Assembly: GCF_965284355.1 (NCBI RefSeq)
Contig: NZ_OZ260078.1
Coordinates: 1,199,111 to 1,263,110, forward strand
Source of the DNA: Phenylobacterium sp.
GTDB taxonomy: Bacteria > Pseudomonadota > Alphaproteobacteria > Caulobacterales > Caulobacteraceae
Direction: 5' to 3'
DNA length: 64,000 nucleotides
The stretch's first letter is position 1, and every line of letters begins with the position of its first letter. Position numbers and translations under genes: made by a program. Below are positions 9,023 through 17,486 of the stretch, piece by piece. The notes under the pieces are model-generated. The model saw only the letters and a program-made list of their open reading frames with translations, was not told where the DNA came from and made no database searches.

Positions 9023-9445
9023 CTACTTCTTCAAGAGATCGAGCGTGCGCTGTTCCATGCTGCGCGCCGTCTCGATGACGTTGAGGTTGGCCTCATAAGC
9101 CTTCTGGGCCTGGCGCATGTCCATCGCCTCGACGAGGGAGCTGACGTTCGGCAGCTTCACGTAGCCCTTGGCGTCGGCCGACGGGTGGCCGGGGTCGTAT
9201 TCCTGGCGGAACTCAGTCTGGTCGGCCTCGACCTTCGACATCCTCACGCCGCGCGCGCCCGAGATGCGGGTCGGCTCGAAGACCGGGGCCTGGCGGCGGT
9301 AGGGATCGCCGCCTGGGGTCTTGGACGTGGAGTCGGCGTTGGCCAAGTTCTCGGCGATGATCCGCATGCGCGCCTGCTGGGCGCGGAGCGCGGAGGCCGC
9401 GATCGCCTGGGTGACGCCGCCCACGGGCAGTTTGGAGTCGGCCAT
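9023..9445 (-). CDS. flgC: Flagellar proximal rod protein FlgC
   Basis: 140 aa with ALRAQQARMRIIAENLANADST and a C-terminal rod-family heptad region. Confidence 0.92.
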   Translation of the reverse strand: MADSKLPVGGVTQAIAASALRAQQARMRIIAENLANADSTSKTPGGDPYRRQAPVFEPTRISGARGVRMSKVEADQTEFRQEYDPGHPSADAKGYVKLPNVSSLVEAMDMRQAQKAYEANLNVIETARSMEQRTLDLLKK

Positions 9446-9459
9446 CTAGCTCTCCTGCC

Positions 9460-9882
9460 TCACGCGCCCGGCCGCTTGGTGGCCAGGCGGAGCATGCCCA
9501 TGGACTTCTGATAGAAGCTGATCGCCGCGTCGTAGTTCATCCGAGACTCGGCCATCTTGATCATCTCTTCCTCGAGCACGACCGAGTTGCCGTTCAGCGT
9601 GGTCTCGGAGTCGGGAGACCGCATGGTCTTGAACTGGCCGCCGAGGCGCGACTGGGGGCCCTTGGGCGCGATGTGGCCCGGCTGGGTCACGGACATGGCG
9701 CCCGACTGTCCCGCCCGCTGAGCCTGGACCCGCGCGTCGAAGCTGTAGGGCTTCATGTCCTCGGGCACGTAGCGGGCGGTGTCGGTGTTGGCGACGTTCT
9801 GCGCGATGATCTTCTGGCGCTCGCTGAGATACCCCAGCCGGCTGCGAAGCATCGAGAAGAGAGGGATGTCGGCCAGGTTCAT
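9460..9882 (-). CDS. flgB: Flagellar proximal rod protein FlgB
   Basis: 140 aa with the rod motif RQKIIAQNVANTDT. Confidence 0.9.
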   Translation of the reverse strand: MNLADIPLFSMLRSRLGYLSERQKIIAQNVANTDTARYVPEDMKPYSFDARVQAQRAGQSGAMSVTQPGHIAPKGPQSRLGGQFKTMRSPDSETTLNGNSVVLEEEMIKMAESRMNYDAAISFYQKSMGMLRLATKRPGA

Positions 9883-9908
9883 TGCCGGCCAACTCTGAAC
9901 AAACAGGG

Positions 9909-9923
9909 TTAATCCGCGCTTAA
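9909..9923. promoter_or_regulatory. Canonical CtrA box TTAA-N7-TTAA between divergent flgB and fliO
   Basis: The sequence is TTAATCCGCGCTTAA, with a GANTC site (GATTC, 9926-9930) adjacent. Confidence 0.55.
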
Positions 9924-9938
9924 GGGATTCAGCGGCGA

Positions 9939-10235
9939 ATGGGCCTCCTCAGGGACCCCCGCCGCATGGACCTCGCCACCTTCGCCCGCGCCATATTCGC
10001 CCTCGTGCTCACGCTGGGCCTCATCGGGCTGGCCGCCGTGGCGCTGCGCAAGTACGGCCCCGACGCGATGGCCCGCTTTCAGGGCGTGCGCAAGGATCGC
10101 CGGATGCGTGTGGTCGAGACCCTGGTGCTGGATCCGGCCCGCCGGCTGCTCATCATCGAGTGTGACGGGCAGGAGCGCCTGGTGCTCCTGGGCGAGGGCC
10201 GCGTCGTCGACCTCAAAGCGCGGGACCCCGCCTGA
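9939..10235 (+). CDS. fliO: Flagellar export protein FliO
   Basis: Small single-TM protein immediately upstream of fliP, overlapping it as TGATG. The true start may be the second ATG at 9966. Confidence 0.7.
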   Translation: MGLLRDPRRMDLATFARAIFALVLTLGLIGLAAVALRKYGPDAMARFQGVRKDRRMRVVETLVLDPARRLLIIECDGQERLVLLGEGRVVDLKARDPA

Positions 10236-11032
10236 TGCGCGCCCTTCTCGCCGCGATCCGCACCCTGCCGGCCGAGGATTGGCGCCGCGCGGCGCTGATC
10301 GCGCTGGTGACCACCTTCGCCGCCATGATCGTCCCGGCCTCCGCGGTCGCCCAGACGCTGAACGTCAATCTGGGCACCGGGGCGGGCCTGACCGAGCGCG
10401 TGGTCCAGCTGGTCGGCCTGATGACGGTGCTGTCGCTGGCGCCGTCGATCGTGATCATGACCACCTCGTTCGTCCGCATCGTGGTGGTGCTGTCGCTGCT
10501 GCGCACGGCGCTGGGCCTTCAGCAGAGCCCGCCGAACGCCGTGCTGATCTCGCTCAGCCTGTTCCTGACCGCCATCGTCATGGGTCCCACCTTCGACCGC
10601 GCTTACAACGAGGGCGTCCGTCCCCTGCTGGAGCAGCAGATGGAGCTGCCCGCGGCGTTCGACGCGGCGGGCGGGCCGGTGAAGCAGTTCATGCTCTCTC
10701 AGGTCGACCAGGAGGACCTGGCCCTCTTCGTGCGCCTGTCGAAGGTGCCGCGGCCGGCCAATCTCCAGGACCTGCCGATCCGCGTAGTCACGCCGGCCTT
10801 CATGATCTCGGAGCTGAAGCGGGCGTTCGAGATCGGCTTCCTGCTGTTCGTGCCGTTCCTGGTGATCGACCTGGTGGTCGCCAGCGTGCTGATGAGCATG
10901 GGCATGATGATGCTGCCGCCGGTGGTCATCAGCCTGCCCTTCAAGCTGATCTTCTTCGTCCTGGTGGACGGCTGGCGGCTGGTGGCGGGCAGCCTCGTCG
11001 AGAGCTTCCAGCGCGGCCCGCCCGGCGGGTAG
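10235..11032 (+). CDS. fliP: Flagellar export apparatus protein FliP
   Basis: 265 aa with conserved IVVVLSLLRTALGLQQSPPN and FLLFVPFLVIDLVVASVLMSMGMMMLPP. Confidence 0.92.
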   Translation: MRALLAAIRTLPAEDWRRAALIALVTTFAAMIVPASAVAQTLNVNLGTGAGLTERVVQLVGLMTVLSLAPSIVIMTTSFVRIVVVLSLLRTALGLQQSPPNAVLISLSLFLTAIVMGPTFDRAYNEGVRPLLEQQMELPAAFDAAGGPVKQFMLSQVDQEDLALFVRLSKVPRPANLQDLPIRVVTPAFMISELKRAFEIGFLLFVPFLVIDLVVASVLMSMGMMMLPPVVISLPFKLIFFVLVDGWRLVAGSLVESFQRGPPGG

Positions 11033-11066
11033 CGGCAGCCAAGAAATCCGCGCTCCCGAAAGGGTG

Positions 11067-13985
11067 CTAGCCCTTGGCGGCGAGTTTGGCCGGGGCCACC
11101 TGGGCCTGGCGGGCCGGGGCGGCGGGCTTGGCGGTTCCGACGGGGGCGGCTCTCGTCTTGAAGCGGCCCTTCATCTTCTCGACCCAGCCGGCGAAGACCT
11201 CATTGTCGGCCGAGACACGGCCGAAGTCGCCGACACTCAGGCGGCCGGTCGGCGCGCCCGACAGCGCGATGCGCAGGGCCTCGGGGTTGTTGGCCTTCTC
11301 GTAGAAGCCCTGGTAGCGGCTCTGCAGGCGATCCAGCGAACCCTCGTCGCCGGCCAGGCTGTAGGCGACGCCGGCGCGCAGCAGGCGGCCCTCCTCGTCG
11401 GTGCTCAGGGGAGTCGCGGTCTTCCAGCGGTCGCCCAGACTCTTCTCGAACAGCGGGGCCGCGGCGGCCCAGTTCTTCTGCTTCCACAGGATCTCGGCCC
11501 GCAGGTCCTGGGCCTCCTTGCCTGTGTCGCGTTCGATGATCTCGAGGGCGCTGTCGTGACGGCCCAGGCTGCTCCAGGCGCGGGCCTCGACCAGCCGGCG
11601 CTCCGCGCTGAGGGCCAGCGGCAGCACCGTCGTGCGTGAGGTGTTGATCGCCTCCAGCGCCATCTCGGGCTTGCGATCCATCAGATAGATCACGGCGAGG
11701 TCCGTGGAGACCTGGGCCTTGGGCACGCCGTCGAGGCGGTTCTCCGCCTGATACTTGAGGAGGTCAGCGGCCTGGGGCAGCAGGTCCACGTCGACCAGGC
11801 GGCGCACGATCTTGCGAACCATCAGGTCGCCGTCGGCGCCCAGCGGGGCCAGCTCACGGAAGTCGAAGAACAGCGCCAGCGCCTGGGTGGGCTCCAGGCC
11901 GTCAGCGTGGCCATCCAGGAAGAGGCCGCGGAAGGCGGCGTTCAGGTCCGCCTGCAGCTGCAGCGCCTCGGGCAGGTCGGGCAGGCGCACGCCGGCCGAC
12001 CGCAGGGCCTCCAGCGCCTCGCGGTAGCGGCCCTGCGCCAGGTAGAGCTGACCCAGCGCGCGAATGGTCTCGAGCTCGGTCGCATCGCCGCGCCAGCGGT
12101 AGCGCAGGTTGTCGAAGACGAGCGCCGCCTGGGCCGGCTTGATCTGGCCCAGTTCCAGACGGATCTGGGTCGAGCGCAGCACCGCCGGCGCCGAGAGCGA
12201 CTCCACCGGCGCGGTGGCGATCGCGTTGTAGACCTTCAGCGCGCGGTCCTTGTAGCCCTGCAGCTCGATGATCCGGGCCTGGACCAGCCGGGCGCGCAGC
12301 TGCTCCTCGGGGTCGACCTTTTCCTCCAGCGCCATGCGGATACGGGTGTCGGCGCCGATCAGGTCGCCCTGGGCCAGCGCGGCCTGAGCGTCGGCGCGGG
12401 CGAAGCGCGCCTTCCACAGCGGCGACATCAGGCCGTAGGCCTCGACGCCCTTCACGAACAGAGCGCGCGCCTCGCCGTACTGGGCGAGCTGGGTGGCGAC
12501 GTAGGCGCGCCAAAGGGCGGTCGAAGGGTCGTCCGCGAGCGCCGGCGCCGAGAAGTCGGTGTCGGCCTCGGCGTAGCGGCGCGACAGCGTGCGCGCCACG
12601 CCCCGCAGGCCGCGGAACTCGGGGTCGTCGAGCATCTCGGGATGCTCGCGCGCCAGGGCGTTCAGGAGGCCGATGGCCTCGTAGCTGAGCTCGGAACCCA
12701 CGAGGAAGCGGGCCATGGCCATGCGCGCGGCGACCGGCGCCTCGGGGTCCTTGTTGCCGCTTTCGGCCGCGGCCGCGGAAAACAGGCTCTCGTGGCGGCG
12801 CAGAAACCCGCCTTCGCCGGTCTTGGCCCATTCGGCCGGCACGATGGCCGGCATGATCGCCGGCTGCGGGGCGCCCAGCTTGGCGTCTTCACGCTCGCGC
12901 GTGGCCCAGGCCGGCGAGAGGGTCAGGCCCTTGGCGCGGCTGATGCGGACGATCTCGCCGTCGCGCTGGACGGTCAGGTCTTCGACCAGCGGTTCGACCG
13001 CAAGGCCCTGGATCGACGGCAGCAGCGCGGCGTCGACGAAGTCGCGGCGGGACGGGATGCCCTTGGGCGGGCCCAACGCGGTGACCACGGTCAGGGTGTC
13101 GCCCACGACCGGATCGGGCAGGTTGACGATGCGCGTGGCGCCGGCGACGGGCGCCTTCAGGGTGGCGGGGCCGCCCGCGGCGTCACGGCTGACGCGCACG
13201 ATCGCAGGCTGCGACTGCGGGCCAGGGCCCAGCGAGATGGTCCAGGTGTTTCCCTGGGAGGCCACGAAGACCGGGGCGTCGGGTTCGGCGTCGATGCGCA
13301 GGGCCGCATGGTCGGCGCCCTTGAACGCCTGCACGCCGCGCAGCGGCCGGACCTTGGGCGTGGCCGACACGTCGAGGGTGGCGGGGGCGTCGAACACGAC
13401 CCAGACGGCGTCGCCGCGGCGGAACACCGCGGCGCCTGCGGGATTGGCCCAGGTGAAGGCGAGCTGTGTCTGACCGCCGGCCACCTTGGCGTCCATCCGC
13501 ACCACGCCGCCAGGCGGCAGGGGGTTGGGCCGCGGCGGCTCGGCCTCGGCGACGGCCACGGCCTCGGGTTCAGCGGCAGCGTCGACCGGCGGGGCCTCTG
13601 CCTTCTCGAAGACGTTGACGTAGGTCGCGCCGTCAGCCTGGCCGATGCTGACATCGGCGTTGTCGGCCAGGGTCAGGACGACCTGGACGCCTTTGGCCGT
13701 GCGCTTACGTTCGGCCGACTTGACCCACTTGGGCGGCGCGGTGAGCAACCGGGCCAGGTCGGGATCGCCCGACATGGTGATGGTGACGGTCTGGCCCTGC
13801 CGGCTGGCGAGCGCGCCGCCGCGGACCTCGATGCGCGAGAAGGTCTCCGCCGTAGCCACGCGAACGTCAGGGCCGCCACGCTGAGTGACGGCCTTGACCG
13901 CAGGTGCGGCGGCGCCGGCAGGAACCGCGACGCTGGCGATGCAGGCCGCGGCGACCCCGGAGCGGAGGGCCTTCTTCAGGCTCAT
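11067..13985 (-). CDS. Large secreted TPR-repeat protein, last gene of the fliL-fliM operon
   Basis: 972 aa with a signal peptide, N-terminal beta-rich modules and a long C-terminal TPR-like helical repeat region. Same strand as the MotE-like gene, 3 nt downstream of it. Confidence 0.7.
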   Translation of the reverse strand: MSLKKALRSGVAAACIASVAVPAGAAAPAVKAVTQRGGPDVRVATAETFSRIEVRGGALASRQGQTVTITMSGDPDLARLLTAPPKWVKSAERKRTAKGVQVVLTLADNADVSIGQADGATYVNVFEKAEAPPVDAAAEPEAVAVAEAEPPRPNPLPPGGVVRMDAKVAGGQTQLAFTWANPAGAAVFRRGDAVWVVFDAPATLDVSATPKVRPLRGVQAFKGADHAALRIDAEPDAPVFVASQGNTWTISLGPGPQSQPAIVRVSRDAAGGPATLKAPVAGATRIVNLPDPVVGDTLTVVTALGPPKGIPSRRDFVDAALLPSIQGLAVEPLVEDLTVQRDGEIVRISRAKGLTLSPAWATREREDAKLGAPQPAIMPAIVPAEWAKTGEGGFLRRHESLFSAAAAESGNKDPEAPVAARMAMARFLVGSELSYEAIGLLNALAREHPEMLDDPEFRGLRGVARTLSRRYAEADTDFSAPALADDPSTALWRAYVATQLAQYGEARALFVKGVEAYGLMSPLWKARFARADAQAALAQGDLIGADTRIRMALEEKVDPEEQLRARLVQARIIELQGYKDRALKVYNAIATAPVESLSAPAVLRSTQIRLELGQIKPAQAALVFDNLRYRWRGDATELETIRALGQLYLAQGRYREALEALRSAGVRLPDLPEALQLQADLNAAFRGLFLDGHADGLEPTQALALFFDFRELAPLGADGDLMVRKIVRRLVDVDLLPQAADLLKYQAENRLDGVPKAQVSTDLAVIYLMDRKPEMALEAINTSRTTVLPLALSAERRLVEARAWSSLGRHDSALEIIERDTGKEAQDLRAEILWKQKNWAAAAPLFEKSLGDRWKTATPLSTDEEGRLLRAGVAYSLAGDEGSLDRLQSRYQGFYEKANNPEALRIALSGAPTGRLSVGDFGRVSADNEVFAGWVEKMKGRFKTRAAPVGTAKPAAPARQAQVAPAKLAAKG

Positions 13986-13988
13986 GCT

Positions 13989-14933
13989 CTACCCGGTCTT
14001 GGCCGGCGGCGTGGCGGCCGGAGCCGCGGGCGGCGCAGCGGCCGGGGTCGGTCCGGCGGCCGGCTTGGCGGCCTGCTGTGCGGCCGGGGCCTTCTTGCGC
14101 GGCGGGGCCTTGCGGGCCGGCGCCGGCTTCTTCTCCTCGGCGGTCGGATCGACGGAGGCGGTCTTGGCCGGCGCGGCCTTGTCTTCGGCGGCCGCGGCGG
14201 CCTTGGTGGCGGCGGCCTGGGCGTCGGAGTAGCGGCGGGCCAGCATCTCGGTCAGCTTCTTCGCATCGGCGGCCGACATCTGAGCCATGATCGCCGAGAG
14301 CGCCCGCTCCTTCATCTTGGCGGCGATCTTGATGCGCACGCCGTCGTCCAGGGCGGCCAGACGCGGGGCGGCGTCCTTGGCCTTCATGCCCTCGAACACC
14401 TTCACGAGGCGGTCGATCTCGGCCTGTTCCTTGGCGGTGGACTGGTTCAGCAGGCCGTTCACCTCGGCCTTGAGGCCATTCAGCGCCTTGATCTTGGCGT
14501 CAAGCTTGGCTTCGGCGGCGGCCATCAGCGCCAGCTGGGTGTTGAGGTCGTTCTCGCGGGCGTCCAGGGCGCCGCGGCGCTGACCCAGGCTCTGCAGCAC
14601 CTGGAGTTCGGCCGGCGACAGACCCGCCTGCTTGGCGAGCTCGGCGGCGGTCGGGGCGCACACGGCCTTGGGCGCGATACTGGGCGCAGGCAGGCCGGCC
14701 GCGGCGTCCTTGGGCTCGCCGGTCTCCGCGGTTTCGCCGCTCTTGGCGTCTTTCGTCTCGGACTTGGCGTCAGCCTTGGCCTCAGGTTTGGCGGCTTTCG
14801 TCGCCTCCTCGGCGAAGGCCTGCGCGCCGGTCAGCAGGCCGCTCAGGTCCTGGGCGCCCGACATGGCGTTCACAATCAGGACGCCGCCGATGGCGACGCC
14901 GACCAGCGGCAGGATGCGGGGAACGGACTTCAA
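13989..14933 (-). CDS. MotE-family / MgtE-N-like flagellar accessory protein
   Basis: 314 aa with an N-terminal TM, a coiled-coil region, a conserved block FEGMKAKDAAPRLAALD...AIMAQMSAADAKKLTEML and a Pro/Ala/Lys-rich tail. TTG start overlaps the upstream stop (TTGA). Confidence 0.6.
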   Translation of the reverse strand: MKSVPRILPLVGVAIGGVLIVNAMSGAQDLSGLLTGAQAFAEEATKAAKPEAKADAKSETKDAKSGETAETGEPKDAAAGLPAPSIAPKAVCAPTAAELAKQAGLSPAELQVLQSLGQRRGALDARENDLNTQLALMAAAEAKLDAKIKALNGLKAEVNGLLNQSTAKEQAEIDRLVKVFEGMKAKDAAPRLAALDDGVRIKIAAKMKERALSAIMAQMSAADAKKLTEMLARRYSDAQAAATKAAAAAEDKAAPAKTASVDPTAEEKKPAPARKAPPRKKAPAAQQAAKPAAGPTPAAAPPAAPAATPPAKTG

Positions 14934-15529
14934 CGGCGCGCTCCCCCGACACCGGCTTGCGCGAAGCGATCGAACGCCGTCGGCGCGTCCTCGAACAGGT
15001 CGTCATCCGGCGTGGCGGCGATGCGACGGCCAGGCAGCGGGGCGCGACCGACCAGCGGCTCGCGCTCGACGGCCGGCGCGGCCTCGGGCTGGGCCTGGGC
15101 GGCTTCCTTAGCGGCGAGGCGCGAGCGGGCCATGGCCAGCAGGTTGGACAGCCGCTGCTCGGCGTTGTCCTCGACCCGCGGGGCCGGCGTGACCGACGGC
15201 ATGGATCGCGGCTGCAGGCGCTCGGCCGACATGGCGCGGGGCAGCTCCGGCGCAGCCGAGACCAGCTTCTCCAGCTTGGCGGCCAGCGCGCGGCCCTTCT
15301 CGATGCGGTCCGACAGCATGTCGGTGGCCTCGTCGGTGGCGGCGCGCAGGTCGGCCAGACCCTGTTCCGCGCGGACGGCGGCGACGTTCAGTTCGCGCAC
15401 GGCCGCCTCGAAGCCCTCGTGGCTGTCGCGCAGGGCCTTCAGGCGCTTGTTGAGGCGCAGGCCGACGACCATGGCCGCGACCAGAAGGGCCGCGAGCAAC
15501 AGGTTCATGCCGATGGCGATCAGGCTCAT
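14930..15529 (-). CDS. Bitopic coiled-coil, proline-rich membrane protein; PflI-like/DUF6468-like (tentative)
   Basis: Start taken at MSLIAIGMNLLLAALLV, whose ATG overlaps the fliM stop (ATGA at 15527-15531). The upstream part of the longer ORF is Arg/Pro junk that overlaps fliM. Confidence 0.5.
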   Translation of the reverse strand: MSLIAIGMNLLLAALLVAAMVVGLRLNKRLKALRDSHEGFEAAVRELNVAAVRAEQGLADLRAATDEATDMLSDRIEKGRALAAKLEKLVSAAPELPRAMSAERLQPRSMPSVTPAPRVEDNAEQRLSNLLAMARSRLAAKEAAQAQPEAAPAVEREPLVGRAPLPGRRIAATPDDDLFEDAPTAFDRFAQAGVGGARR

Positions 15530-16611
15530 CACAACCTCTGGACGGCTTGCCGGGCGCTGGGTGAAAGCGGGGCTTCCACGCGCACGGCGATGTGGGCGTT
15601 GCGACGGCCCATGCGGCCGCGCGTGAGGGGAATCGTTCCGGCCCGAAGCTCGATCAGACTGTCGGGACCGGCGTTCAGCATCAGGGTGTCGCCGACCTTC
15701 AGATCCAGCACCCGCCGGAGGCTGATCTGCTGCTCGTCGAGCACGGCGCGGACCTCGGTGTTGGTGGTCCAAAGCTCGGTGGCGAGGTGGCTTTCCCAGA
15801 TGTTGTCGCGACCGAACTTCTCACCCATGAACTGCTGCAGCAGCATCTTGCGGATGGGTTCGAGCGTCGCGTAGGGCAGCAGCAGCTCGATGCGGCCGCC
15901 GCGGTCTTCCATGTCGATGCGCAGCTTCACCAGGATGGCCGCGTTGGCCGGGCGCGCGATGGCGGCGAAGCGCGGGTTCGTCTCCAGTCGGTCCAGGGTG
16001 AACGTCACCGGGGTCAGCGGCTCGAACGCTTCCTTCGCGTCGCCCAGCACCACCTCGACCATCCGCTGCACCAGCACGCGTTCGATCGTCGTGTAGGGCC
16101 GGCCTTCGATCCGCATGGCCGCCGTGCCGCGGCGACCGCCCAGGAGGACGTCCACGATCGAGTAGATCAGGTTCGAGTCGACCGTCAGCAGGCCGTAGTT
16201 GTTCAGTTCCTCGGCCCGGAACACCGACAGGATGGCCGGCAGCGGGATCGAGTTGAGATAGTCGCCGAAGCGGATCGAGCTGATGTTGTCGAGGCTGACT
16301 TCGACGTTGTCGGAGGTGAAATTCCGTAGGGAGGTGGTCATCAATCGCACCAGGCGGTCGAAGACGATCTCCAGCATCGGCAGGCGTTCGTAGCTGACGA
16401 GCGCCGAGTTGATGATCGCGCGGATGCCGGTCCGCTCGGCGATCTCGTCATCGGTGAGATCGAAGCCCAGGAGGCTGTCGATCTCGTCCTGGTTCAGGAT
16501 GCGCTCGGCCGAGTTTGCCTCGGCCGCAGCTGCGGCCGCCCAGTCGGTCTCGCCGGTGGACTCGAGACCGGTCTGAGCGTCGTTGGGAGGGAGTTCGTTC
16601 TCGTCGGCCAT
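15529..16611 (-). CDS. fliM: Flagellar motor switch protein FliM
   Basis: 360 aa with the N-terminal CheY-binding-like ILNQDEIDSLLG, a FliM middle domain and a C-terminal SpoA-like domain. Confidence 0.92.
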   Translation of the reverse strand: MADENELPPNDAQTGLESTGETDWAAAAAAEANSAERILNQDEIDSLLGFDLTDDEIAERTGIRAIINSALVSYERLPMLEIVFDRLVRLMTTSLRNFTSDNVEVSLDNISSIRFGDYLNSIPLPAILSVFRAEELNNYGLLTVDSNLIYSIVDVLLGGRRGTAAMRIEGRPYTTIERVLVQRMVEVVLGDAKEAFEPLTPVTFTLDRLETNPRFAAIARPANAAILVKLRIDMEDRGGRIELLLPYATLEPIRKMLLQQFMGEKFGRDNIWESHLATELWTTNTEVRAVLDEQQISLRRVLDLKVGDTLMLNAGPDSLIELRAGTIPLTRGRMGRRNAHIAVRVEAPLSPSARQAVQRL

Positions 16612-16638
16612 GGTCGTGTGTGATCGTCAGCGCGGGCG

Positions 16639-17256
16639 CTAGTTGATCAGCATCTCCTCGATCAGGACGGCGTTGGCCTTGGACGGGGCGATGACCAGGT
16701 TGACGCGGCGCAGGATCTCCATGCGCAGCTGGTAGCTGCCCTGGCTGCCCGACAGATCCTCGGGACGCAGTTCGCGCAGGAAGGTCTGGAACATGTCCTG
16801 GAGCCGCGGCATGTTCGGATCGAGTTCTTCGACCGCGCCCTCGTCCGGCAGTTCCAGGGTGAGCTTGAGCTTGAGGAAGGTGGGGCGACCGTCGGCGGTC
16901 TGCATGTTCACCACCACGTCGGGCATGGTGTAGAAGACGATGCCGTCAGGGCCTTCGCGGACGACCGCGGCGCCCTTTTCGCCTTCCTTGCCGCCTTTGC
17001 CCTTCTCTTCCTTCTTCTTCTCTTTCTTCTTTTCCTTGCCCTTTTCGCCGGCCTGAGCGGCCTCGTCGGGCTTGGGCTTCAGGAAGATGAACGCGGCCGT
17101 GCCGCCGCCGCCCAACACCACGAGCGCAGCGACGCCGCCGATGATCAGCATCTTCAGCGGGAGCTTTTTCTTCCCGGAGGCCTCGCCCTCCGCGCCCTCG
17201 GCGCCTTCGAGCGCTTCGCCCTCGGCCTCCTTGGGTTTCTTCTCCTTCTTCGCCAC
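16639..17256 (-). CDS. fliL: Flagellar basal-body-associated protein FliL
   Basis: 205 aa with a single TM, a Lys/Glu-rich low-complexity insert and a conserved FliL C-terminal domain (FLKLKLTLEL...LRMEILRRVN). Confidence 0.88.
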   Translation of the reverse strand: MAKKEKKPKEAEGEALEGAEGAEGEASGKKKLPLKMLIIGGVAALVVLGGGGTAAFIFLKPKPDEAAQAGEKGKEKKKEKKKEEKGKGGKEGEKGAAVVREGPDGIVFYTMPDVVVNMQTADGRPTFLKLKLTLELPDEGAVEELDPNMPRLQDMFQTFLRELRPEDLSGSQGSYQLRMEILRRVNLVIAPSKANAVLIEEMLIN

Positions 17257-17317
17257 GTGCGCCCCAGTCCTTCAGACCGTCTGTGAATTCCGGCGCGTCC
17301 TGAATGGCCCGCTTTAG

Positions 17318-17396
17318 TTAAGAAGCGGTTTTTAACACCTCTTAACGCGCCCATTTCCTGCCCGGCAAAATCCGCCGCGGGGCGCGCATTAACCAT
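17318..17396. promoter_or_regulatory. Cluster of TTAA half-sites plus a TTAACCAT 8-mer (candidate CtrA sites) in the fliL/flgF divergent region
   Basis: TTAA occurs at 17318, 17332 and 17342 (spacings 10 and 6, not the canonical 7). TTAACCAT is at 17389-17396. Confidence 0.3.
17361..17382. promoter_or_regulatory. Possible FlbD enhancer (ftr-like) element
   Basis: The imperfect palindrome CCCGGCAAAATCCGCCGCGGGG lies about 75 nt upstream of the sigma54 -24 element. The ftr consensus is recalled from memory only. Confidence 0.25.
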
Positions 17397-17437
17397 CGTG
17401 TTTGTTGATTTTATTAGCGTTTCAGACTGGCCCGGCC

Positions 17438-17453
17438 CTTGCATGCCAGAACG
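17438..17453 (+). promoter_or_regulatory. Sigma54 (-24/-12) promoter of flgF-flgG-flgA-flgH
   Basis: TGGCCCGGCCCTTGCA has exact GG-N10-GC spacing and ends 34 nt upstream of the flgF ATG. An A/T-rich tract just upstream may be an IHF site. Confidence 0.65.
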
Positions 17454-17486
17454 CTAGAAAGTCGCACCACCAGGTTGCCCGGTTAA

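Noticed and set aside
11907-15626. 1239-aa ORF on the plus strand, the longest in the track
   Set aside because: It lies antisense to the TPR, MotE-like, PflI-like and fliM genes. Its translation is Arg/Gly/Ala/Pro-rich low-complexity sequence with no motifs, which is the typical open antisense frame of high-GC DNA.
16900-17060. Lys/Glu-rich low-complexity stretch with locally low GC inside fliL, as a possible insertion or separate feature
   Set aside because: It is in frame within fliL, between the TM segment and the conserved FliL domain. Such charged linkers are common, so it is not treated as a separate element.
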